DNA of 36,993 bases from Candidatus Heimdallarchaeota archaeon (GTDB lineage Archaea > Asgardarchaeota > Heimdallarchaeia > Hodarchaeales > Hodarchaeaceae). Of the stretch, positions 1 through 7,968 are shown one piece after another (the first letter of the stretch is position 1; every line of letters begins with the position of its first letter). The notes below the pieces were generated by a model. The model was not told where the DNA came from. It made no database searches and saw only the letters and a list, made by a program, of their open reading frames with translations. The stretch covers positions 1 through 36,993 of the forward strand of contig JBHLSH010000035.1 of NCBI GenBank assembly GCA_048881705.1, given 5' to 3'. Position numbers and translations under genes: made by a program.

Positions 1-114
1 ATTTTTTTAGATCTTGAAGGAATATCTTATTAATAATTCCCCGTGGTTGGTAGCCTGCGTATAACAAATACAGATAGACTGGATATACCGTCAGAAAGTT
101 GTGATGATGTACTG

Positions 115-1722
115 ATGAATAACAGAGAACTAGTGATTGTGATTTTACCCACAAGTTATCTATGGCTACTTACCAGCCTTTTTCTCCTCTTATATGCCTT
201 TGATATTCTGGAAATCGTCTTTGAAACACAGACCCAGCTTGAAATTTTAAATCCTGGCATTATAGTCCTTTTCACAACTGCTTGTCTAGCTACGGCGACT
301 CTCTTTCTTTCTGGATATATTATTGACAAATCACCTCAGCTTACAAAGGCTGCTATTCTCGTTTCATTGTTTATGAGTTCTATATCGCTGTCAGGAATCG
401 CATTGGGGGCTTACTTTCCGTTTTTGCTAATTATCGCGCTTCCACTGCTCGGAATCTTTCTTGGAACCTTGGCATCGGCCTCAGGTGCTGCATTTGCAGC
501 TTATTCCGATGTAAGTTTAAGAGGGCGGATATATGCTTTCTCTATATTCTTGAGTGCAGCCGTCGCGCTTTTTATACTACTACTTAGTTCCTTTATGTCA
601 CTGTTCCCAAGCTATCCACTAGTGATGATTTCCGCTATTGGAATATTGTATTTCATTTTTGTGTTTTTAAATTCTAAGTCAATCTTTCCATGGAAAAACG
701 ACCCTTTTCCCACTTCAATTTTCAAAATTATAAATCGTAGATCTGTTCAAGCATATCTTACTGCTCAATTCTTTATATACCTCATGCTTGGAATTGTATT
801 TGTCACAATACCTCAGATTGGAAGTTATCGTCACCCGATGGTCTCTCTAGGTGGATTTTCGCTTGATCAGCGGATAGTATTCTGGGGTTTAGTTTTTTTG
901 GGTGATTTGATTACTGTGATCCCTGCAGGGATAATAGCTGATCGTGTTGGACGTAAGAATCTGATAGTGGTTGGGGCATACCTTATCGTCGTCTCAACCT
1001 TGAATCTTGGACTTAGCGAGGATATATGGATGTTTCTGTTTTCCGCTTATATTCTAGGCATCAGTTTTGGTTTAATCCATCCTGCTGCAAGTGTTTGGTG
1101 TGATTTAAGTCCACTGGATTCAATTGGACGTTATATGGCGTTAAATTATGTCAGCTTATTACAGGGAATAGGAGTTGGACTATTTCTTGGCTTGTTTGCC
1201 TTACCACGGAATAATGCCAGTACCATCAGCTATATCCTAATTGGTGTGACAGTTTTAGCGCTTCTACCATTATTTTTTGTAGCTGATTCCTACCAGCCCT
1301 TAGACATATTCCTTCTTCTTCTTAGCATCAATGGCATGGCGTGTTTCGATTATGCTTTCAAGAAGGACAAAGAAGTGACCCAGAAAGATCTGTCATTAGT
1401 TGCGGGTGCTTTATCAGCTATTAGTACCTTCTTTGAGTCGGTGGATAAACAACATGCGACTCTAGACCTTGTCAGGCATGGAAATGTGTTTGTAGTTCAA
1501 ACCAAGGCACGAACGAAAAGCGGGGAACTAGTTGGAACTTTATTCGCAAACAAAAATGATCCCGAACTTTATCGTCACCTAAAGGAGTTTGTCGGAAGTT
1601 TCTGTAAACAATACTCCGATCCTCTAATGAATTGGCAGGGGGAGTTACGTGTTTTTCGAGGAGCTTCAGAGATTGCGGAAGAAGTTTTTGGTCCTCTTCT
1701 TCCCTCCAGGACTGCAAGTTAA
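115..1722 (+). CDS. MFS transporter fused to a C-terminal longin-like domain (paralog 1)
   Basis: About 12 hydrophobic segments and MFS motif A (GIIADRVGRKN). A soluble tail of about 145 aa from ~1285 has a longin-like pattern (LLLSINGMACF...LVAGALSAISTFF...LVRHGN...F..F...Y...L..W.G....F). The ORF track starts at GTG 43, but ATG 115 (MNNRELVIVILPT) aligns with the N-terminus of the paralog at 4906 (MSSRDTIVIMIPT). Confidence 0.85.
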   Translation: MNNRELVIVILPTSYLWLLTSLFLLLYAFDILEIVFETQTQLEILNPGIIVLFTTACLATATLFLSGYIIDKSPQLTKAAILVSLFMSSISLSGIALGAYFPFLLIIALPLLGIFLGTLASASGAAFAAYSDVSLRGRIYAFSIFLSAAVALFILLLSSFMSLFPSYPLVMISAIGILYFIFVFLNSKSIFPWKNDPFPTSIFKIINRRSVQAYLTAQFFIYLMLGIVFVTIPQIGSYRHPMVSLGGFSLDQRIVFWGLVFLGDLITVIPAGIIADRVGRKNLIVVGAYLIVVSTLNLGLSEDIWMFLFSAYILGISFGLIHPAASVWCDLSPLDSIGRYMALNYVSLLQGIGVGLFLGLFALPRNNASTISYILIGVTVLALLPLFFVADSYQPLDIFLLLLSINGMACFDYAFKKDKEVTQKDLSLVAGALSAISTFFESVDKQHATLDLVRHGNVFVVQTKARTKSGELVGTLFANKNDPELYRHLKEFVGSFCKQYSDPLMNWQGELRVFRGASEIAEEVFGPLLPSRTAS

Positions 1723-1989
1723 ACTCATAAGAAAAACATTATGTGCATTTTGATTTCTCGTGAATAATGCGGACAAAATAAGAGCAGAAATCACGACATT
1801 CCGAGTTTTGAGGATGAAATCTAGTTTTATTGCTTTATCTCGATTTTTCAAAAGGATATTCTTAAAGGCCAAAAAACCCAATCCTAAACTGGATCCCGCT
1901 ATTTGGAATTAAATTTAGGTTTTCAAATCTCTTTCTTCCGATGCCATCAACACGGATTTTAAGAATATCTCTCTAAAGGTTGCTTCAAG

Positions 1990-2430
1990 ATGTCCTCCAA
2001 AGATGAAAAACCCAAAAAGGACTGGAAACAGCTCTCTCGCGATGAATGGCGTGAACTCCTTTCAAATGAACAATATTACATTCTTCGAGACAAGGGAACT
2101 GAACGTGCATTCACGGGAAAATACTGGAACCACTTTGAAGAAGGAGTATACACCTGTGCTGGATGTGGAGCTAAACTATTTGAGTCACAAGCCAAGTTTA
2201 ACTCAGATTGTGGGTGGCCCAGTTTCTCGGAACCGATGAAAGAGGAAATGATAAAAGAAAAATTAGATACCACCTTTGGTATGCGTCGTACGGAAGTCTT
2301 ATGTGATAATTGCGGAGGCCATTTAGGACACGTGTTTAACGATGGGCCCAGAGAACGAGGTGGACTCAGATACTGTATTAACTCGGCCTCATTGAAATTT
2401 GATAAGGTTCCTGACGAAAAACCAGATTAA
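1990..2430 (+). CDS. msrB: Peptide methionine-R-sulfoxide reductase MsrB
   Basis: [10 protein letters not shown], two Zn-binding CxxC (CAGC, CDNC), [16 protein letters not shown] and catalytic RYCINS. Confidence 0.97.
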   Translation: MSSKDEKPKKDWKQLSRDEWRELLSNEQYYILRDKGTERAFTGKYWNHFEEGVYTCAGCGAKLFESQAKFNSDCGWPSFSEPMKEEMIKEKLDTTFGMRRTEVLCDNCGGHLGHVFNDGPRERGGLRYCINSASLKFDKVPDEKPD

Positions 2431-2743
2431 TGCGACATTTAACCTGTTGACAGTTGCTTCGGGCAACAGCATGTTCTGATCAAGTTGTTGGATTATTGTC
2501 AAGGCTGTTCAGGGATTCCAGCTAGTATGTGATTTTAACGAAAATCATAGACCTCTTTTAATATTGGCAAAGGGAATCTCCTGCGACGGAGGAATATCCA
2601 CGTCAATCTGACGAAGTGATGCTCCTCACAAGGTTTTCCTCCAAATCTACCTTGCAGGATCATTTTCTTCGTATATCACAAGAATTTTCCGATCTAAAAG
2701 GAGAAATGCTGGTTTAGAATCGATAAGACTTAGAGGTATTAAA

Positions 2744-3514
2744 ATGGAAGAGCTATTGGATGAAAAAAAACTTGAAATGAAAATAAAAGAGATGTATCAT
2801 AAAGTTGCGTTGTTTCCCTTCGAATCGTATCACATAGAGGTTGGAAGAAAGTTAGCCGAAAAATTAGGGTATTCAACTCAAGATTTGGAAAAAATCCCGA
2901 AAGAAGCAGTTGAATCATTTGCTGGTGTTGGCAATCCCTTCGATTATGCTGACATTAAAGAAGGAGAAGTTGTTTTGGATTTAGGGAGCGGTTCGGGGAT
3001 GGATAGTTTTATTGCCGCAATGAAAGTTGGGAAATCAGGAAGGGTATATGGCGTTGATATTACAGTCACACAATTGGATAATGCAGAAAAAGTGCGAAAT
3101 CGTATTAAAATAAACAATATAGAGTTTCATGAAGCTAACATTAGTTCACTGCCTTTTGAGGACAACAGTATTGATGTTGTCATCAGTAATAATGTGATAA
3201 ACCTGTCACCTGAAAAATTGGATGTGTTTAGAGAAATTTCCAGAGTTCTCAAACCGAACGGCAGATTAGCAGTCTCAGATGTTCTTTCGGAGAAGAAACT
3301 TGGGAAAAAAGTCAAAAGTGATGCTGATCTTTGGGCAGCTTGTGTGGCAGGCGCAACAGATCAAAATGAATATCGTAAAATTATCGATCAGGTCGGTATG
3401 GAAGTTATTGACATTCATGAGAACCCACAATACCAGTTCCAGTCAGAGTCAGCGATCGCGGCCAGCAAAGAGTTTGGTGTAAAAAGCGTAACATATCTAG
3501 CTAAAAGGAAGTAA
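2744..3514 (+). CDS. SAM-dependent methyltransferase, ArsM/AS3MT-like
   Basis: Motif I VLDLGSGSGMD, VYGVD, DVVISNNVINL, RVLKPNGRLAVSD and WAACVAGA. Only one Cys in the protein. Confidence 0.8.
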   Translation: MEELLDEKKLEMKIKEMYHKVALFPFESYHIEVGRKLAEKLGYSTQDLEKIPKEAVESFAGVGNPFDYADIKEGEVVLDLGSGSGMDSFIAAMKVGKSGRVYGVDITVTQLDNAEKVRNRIKINNIEFHEANISSLPFEDNSIDVVISNNVINLSPEKLDVFREISRVLKPNGRLAVSDVLSEKKLGKKVKSDADLWAACVAGATDQNEYRKIIDQVGMEVIDIHENPQYQFQSESAIAASKEFGVKSVTYLAKRK

Positions 3515-3873
3515 AAAAACCTTATTTCAAGCTCAGAATATCACAATATGATAGTTAAATCAAGATCTAAGGCTTGAATTGCCAGTATTCTATCTCCTCT
3601 TCTTCCTTTGGAATTAAAAAGGGGGTAAATAAATTTACGAGCAACAATTTTTAATGGGGGAATTGATTGCCATAAATGCCCATTTTTCCTTGTTATAATG
3701 TCAAATAATTATCTCTTTGGATTTTGTTTTGTGGATGAACTTGGGAGATATTTCCAAGAAGATATAATACTCAGAATCTGGTATTATTTCTGCCCATACC
3801 TATCAGTATTTATATTCCGGTAAACGGTTCATGTGACACAGAGTGTAAGACTTCTTCAAAGGGCGGTTTGACC

Positions 3874-4617
3874 ATGGTCATATGCGACAGATGCGAAACT
3901 TATAACGAGAAAGGATCTGTATTTTGTTCTGCTTGCGGTTTTCAACTTTCAAGTTCAAAACAGGTTGATTTTCTGAAAGATGAGATGAAAATCAAAAAGG
4001 AACGGACTAAATCCATTAAGATTTTCCCCAAATTTAAGAGTAAGCAAGTCGTCCGTGATGAAAAAGCCCTCCCAACCGATTTTCCCTTTACTAAGTATTT
4101 GATTATCATAATTGGAGGTTTCAGTATTATAGTAGGATTTGCCTCCTTGTTTGACAGATTCCCGTCTTTACCGTCGATGCCGCGAATGCCTACAATGCCA
4201 TCGTTTCCTCCCCTTACGGGTTCAATTCTTATTCCACTTGGGTTAACTATACTCGCCTCTGTCATCGTTTTTCTAGTGGCCAAGGATTCCGCACGTGATC
4301 CTGTTATCTTTTGGATAATAGAGGTTCTTATTCTGACAATAGGATTATCCACTCTTATTCCCGAATCTAGTACCATTTTGATTCCCATTGGAATGACAAT
4401 ATCTGGACTTCTACTCGTTTTTCTCTTCTCACGTCGTTCAAACCAACCTTCGGGAGTATATGCTGGTTTATACATTGCAGTTCTCGTAGTTGGTATTGTT
4501 CTGTTGATACCAGGTTCTTCTAATCTTATTATCCCTATTGGTTTCATCCTTATCGGTTTTTCATTGTTTGCATGGGGGATCCGATTTCGCCCCGAAACGC
4601 CCTCTGGCACCTTATAA
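3874..4617 (+). CDS. Zinc-ribbon membrane protein (CxxC...CxxC plus ~6 TM helices with a 50-aa repeat)
   Basis: N-terminal CDRC...CSACG, one TM helix, a Pro-rich linker, then repeated TM hairpins. ATG 3874 is preferred to TTG 3868. Confidence 0.75.
   Translation: MVICDRCETYNEKGSVFCSACGFQLSSSKQVDFLKDEMKIKKERTKSIKIFPKFKSKQVVRDEKALPTDFPFTKYLIIIIGGFSIIVGFASLFDRFPSLPSMPRMPTMPSFPPLTGSILIPLGLTILASVIVFLVAKDSARDPVIFWIIEVLILTIGLSTLIPESSTILIPIGMTISGLLLVFLFSRRSNQPSGVYAGLYIAVLVVGIVLLIPGSSNLIIPIGFILIGFSLFAWGIRFRPETPSGTL
4162..4215 (+). repeat. Degenerate 9-nt (P-x-x) tandem repeat encoding PSL-PSM-PRM-PTM-PSF-PPL
   Basis: ccgtcttta ccgtcgatg ccgcgaatg cctacaatg ccatcgttt cctcccctt, read directly. Confidence 0.7.
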
Positions 4618-4905
4618 AGGTAAAAACGAAGGGTAGGAACCATTCCCATTAGGAAAACAAAACAAGGGTTGTAAAGATTCAAAAAAAGATAACATAAGAC
4701 ACTTCAGGCCTAATATTAGCGTTTCTAATGGAAATCGAGCCAGGCCATTTAATGACAAGAGAAAAAAGGCATCCAGTGAAGTTACGATCCTCTCATTTCG
4801 TCCCAAAAGGAACTCGAAAAAGGTTTTAGAATCGCTGGCGGAATCGAGATACCATTCTAAAATAATGGTACTCCCAAATTTTACACAAATATGGATGGAT
4901 AATCA

Positions 4906-6594
4906 GTGAGTAGTCGCGATACCATTGTCATCATGATTCCTACCATCTTTAGCTGGGTGTTAGCGTCCTTATTGCTTTTGGTATATCCCTTTGACATATT
5001 GGAATATGTTGAAACATTACCTACGAATCCTTTGGCTGGTTTAGGCTTGTTTTTACTAGGGGGGATTCTTATTCTCGCGGTTGCTGCTCTTTTTCTGACA
5101 GGCGACATATTAGATAAGCATCCTGAGTATTTAAGACGAATTACGACAATTGGGCTCATTGGATGTTCTATTTCGGTGATGTTGCTTGTACTCCTGGTTG
5201 AATACGGGTTATTCATACTAATTTCACTCGTGGGATTAGCTATCTTTTTTGGAATAACGATAACAAGCGCTGGTACTCTATTTGCAGGGCTTATCCCACT
5301 ACAAAAACGAGGAAGTATCTATTCTCTTGGAATATTTGCATTTATTTTAATTTCTTTGGCGAGTATCCTCTTGGGTGGACTTATATCATCCCGTTTTGCT
5401 AGTGGTCTTCTTACTATGTCTTGGGTAAGTATTCTCCCTCTACTTGGCCTATTGGGAATCGGATTATCAGTGATATTCTGGTTGTTTTCACAAGGTTTAG
5501 ATAAACCTTGGATAAATGACAGATGGCCTACCCATTTTCGTAAGATCTTTGGAAGAAGATCCGTTAAAGCCTATCTCCTTACACACGTTTTCATTTACCT
5601 TATGCTTGGAATTAGTATTGCTAGCTTTGCACGGATAGGGGAAATATCATTTGATACTTCATGGGTCATCACTATCCCATCTTTAGACGTATTTGAGCTT
5701 CCTAAAGACAAAGTGTTCTGGTTTGTAGTTCTCTTAGGGGATTTAACACTTGTTTTGTTTGCAGGCAGACTTTCCGACCGGATTGGCCGAAAATCCTTGG
5801 TTGTAATTGCTCTCTATGGTATTGTGTTTGCATCTTTGATATTCGGTCTCGAACGAACCCCAGGGAGTTTTTTGGCTGCCGCCTTCATAACTGGGGTTTC
5901 ATTCGCGTTACTTCACCCTACTTTAGATTCTTCTATTTGGGCAGATTTATCCCCACGAGATGGTCTTGGCAGGTATTTTGCCTTGGGATTTATTTCATTG
6001 GCAGTAGGTTTAGGCATGGGAACTGCAATCGGACATTGGATGCTCCAACCTACCCTTGATAACATAGGATTTATAACATATATTCTTACCATTTTGGCGA
6101 TTATGGGTGCTTTTCCCCTTTTTTGGGTAGCGGACAGTTTTAAACCATTAGAATTCACATTACTCATTGTTATAGAGGAGGGGGGACTTAATATTTTTGA
6201 TTATTCCTTTGGAAGAGAAATTGATGTTGAATTGACCCTTTTATCAGGCGCACTAACAGCTGTTTCAAGCTTTTTTTCTGAAACTCTAAAAGAAAAAGGG
6301 ATTTTAAATCTTGTAAGGCATGGAAATCATTTCATCCTGACCGATCGGGATGCTGAAACAAGACTCTCGGCAGCCGTGTTTAGTAACAAACAGGATCCGG
6401 AACTTCACTCTTCCCTAGGTAAATTTCTAGATAGATTTTGTAAGGACTACGGTGCAATCATAAAATCATGGAACGGAGCTCGTTCGAAATTCGAGGGAGC
6501 TGCAGAGCTTGCAGAGGAATTCTTTGGCCATCTTTCCCCATCACGTGATCTACCAAGTAAAAACACGCCCCACGACATGGTTTCCCAGTTGTAG
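4906..6594 (+). CDS. MFS transporter fused to a C-terminal longin-like domain (paralog 2)
   Basis: MFS motif A GRLSDRIGRKS. Shares blocks with paralog 1 (PW.ND..PT...KI..RRSV.AYL...FIYLMLGI; W.DLSP.D..GRY.AL). Longin-like tail from ~6133 (LIVIEEGGLNIF...LLSGALTAVSSFF...LVRHGN...FSNKQDPEL...WNG....F). GTG start. Confidence 0.87.
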   Translation: MSSRDTIVIMIPTIFSWVLASLLLLVYPFDILEYVETLPTNPLAGLGLFLLGGILILAVAALFLTGDILDKHPEYLRRITTIGLIGCSISVMLLVLLVEYGLFILISLVGLAIFFGITITSAGTLFAGLIPLQKRGSIYSLGIFAFILISLASILLGGLISSRFASGLLTMSWVSILPLLGLLGIGLSVIFWLFSQGLDKPWINDRWPTHFRKIFGRRSVKAYLLTHVFIYLMLGISIASFARIGEISFDTSWVITIPSLDVFELPKDKVFWFVVLLGDLTLVLFAGRLSDRIGRKSLVVIALYGIVFASLIFGLERTPGSFLAAAFITGVSFALLHPTLDSSIWADLSPRDGLGRYFALGFISLAVGLGMGTAIGHWMLQPTLDNIGFITYILTILAIMGAFPLFWVADSFKPLEFTLLIVIEEGGLNIFDYSFGREIDVELTLLSGALTAVSSFFSETLKEKGILNLVRHGNHFILTDRDAETRLSAAVFSNKQDPELHSSLGKFLDRFCKDYGAIIKSWNGARSKFEGAAELAEEFFGHLSPSRDLPSKNTPHDMVSQL

Positions 6595-6629
6595 GCCGAA
6601 AAGCCTGATTTTACCCAGTTGGAAATATT

Positions 6630-7526
6630 ATGTCACAAAATATCTTCTTACGATTAAGAGGACCTAATATCATTGGATCGGCGCTCTTTGTTTTTACTGG
6701 CCTTTTGTTTGCGGCTCGAGATGTTTACTCATTTGACTGGATCAGAGCAATCTTAATCATTCTCTCAATGGTATGTTTTAATATTTATATTTGGATTTCA
6801 AATGACTTTTACGACGCCCCATATGATGCAGAAGACGAAGTGAAAGGGACTCGAAATGTGTTTTGCGAGCAACCAGATAGTCGTGAATACAAAATTGGGT
6901 TGGGTGCTATGTGGTTTTCCTTAGTGGGAGGACTCGTGATTGGAATTTTGGCTGGCTGGATCTATTTTGCCTTCACTGTGACAGGAATGGTATTGGCGTA
7001 TCTATATACAAGCCCCACCTTTCGGGCGAAAAGTAGGATTGGTTGGGACTGGTTATTTCACACTGTTTGGTTCTTGATCTCTTTTCTCCCCCTTTATCTA
7101 TTTATTCACGGATTTAATGTGATATGGGGCATTGAAGAAAGTAATATTCAGTTTTATGCCGTTTTCCTCTACATCGGTCTCGCTTCCCTTCTGGGACAAA
7201 TTAATCATCAAATTCCTGATTACAATATTGACAAAGAAACTAGGCAAATGACCACAGTTGTAATTCTCGGAGTGAAGCGTGCCAAGCAAATAAGATATAT
7301 CATTTACCTTCTGATTACTTCTAGTACAGTTATTTTGTTTCTTATAACTGGATCTTATATTGGTCTTGTTCTAATCCTAATTTATAATCTGTTTTTAGCT
7401 TTTAAGGCGAGGAGTAAGAATCCCGCGGATATTCAAAGACTAGAAGATGCCCCTTTCGTATGGATATACTTCTTTATCTTAGATTATCTGGTTCTTTCTC
7501 CGTTAATCTTGACATTTCTTCCGTAA
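6630..7526 (+). CDS. UbiA-superfamily prenyltransferase
   Basis: Multi-TM protein with Asp-rich motif NDFYDAPYD and second motif NHQIPDYNIDKETRQMTT. Starts 35 bp after MFS-longin paralog 2. Confidence 0.85.
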   Translation: MSQNIFLRLRGPNIIGSALFVFTGLLFAARDVYSFDWIRAILIILSMVCFNIYIWISNDFYDAPYDAEDEVKGTRNVFCEQPDSREYKIGLGAMWFSLVGGLVIGILAGWIYFAFTVTGMVLAYLYTSPTFRAKSRIGWDWLFHTVWFLISFLPLYLFIHGFNVIWGIEESNIQFYAVFLYIGLASLLGQINHQIPDYNIDKETRQMTTVVILGVKRAKQIRYIIYLLITSSTVILFLITGSYIGLVLILIYNLFLAFKARSKNPADIQRLEDAPFVWIYFFILDYLVLSPLILTFLP

Positions 7527-7968
7527 CATCGTAATCGTACATGATGGCCGTATTAACAGTGATTACAATTTTAACTCCTATTTTGCCTGTCTGAAGAAGT
7601 TCAATCCCTTCATGCACTTCCCCAGCGCTTCTATAATTATCAAACAGATGAATATGGTCCGTTAAGAAGGAGAATTCAATAATCGAGTTTGGCCATCCCG
7701 ATCTTTATGGCCGTAACTGGTTTCTTTATTAATGGCAAATAATACCGGTCCATCTCTGACAAAAGAAGGAGGTACCAGCAAAAGTCCCCCTTTTCAGTAT
7801 CGCAATGGAACCGTAACTCTACAGGATAGATCTGTCTGAAGATTTCCATTTGTTGTCCCGATTCAGTCTAAATTATGAAGATTCATCATAATAGTTTTTC
7901 TAGACAAATTCTACGACTCTCAAGATAATTCTGGAAAAATTTTAGCATGAGGAGGTTGTTTGAAAATT

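Noticed and set aside
1666-1900. Minus-strand ORF with two hydrophobic stretches (…LKTRNVVISALILSALF), faintly like an ACR3/bile-acid symporter fragment near the ArsM-like gene
   Set aside because: The similarity is limited to a few residues, the ORF overlaps the end of the MFS-longin gene, and it has no convincing start.
2444-2469. Small hairpins (CTGTTG...CAACAG; GTTGC-TTCGG-GCAAC) after msrB
   Set aside because: Stems of 5-6 bp are expected by chance; there is no following U-tract or other ncRNA hallmark.
3942-4682. 246-aa minus-strand ORF
   Set aside because: It is the antisense shadow of the Zn-ribbon membrane gene; hydrophobic codon bias keeps the opposite frame open.
4612-4806. 64-aa hydrophobic minus-strand ORF in the intergenic gap
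   Set aside because: No motif or SD; cannot be distinguished from chance.
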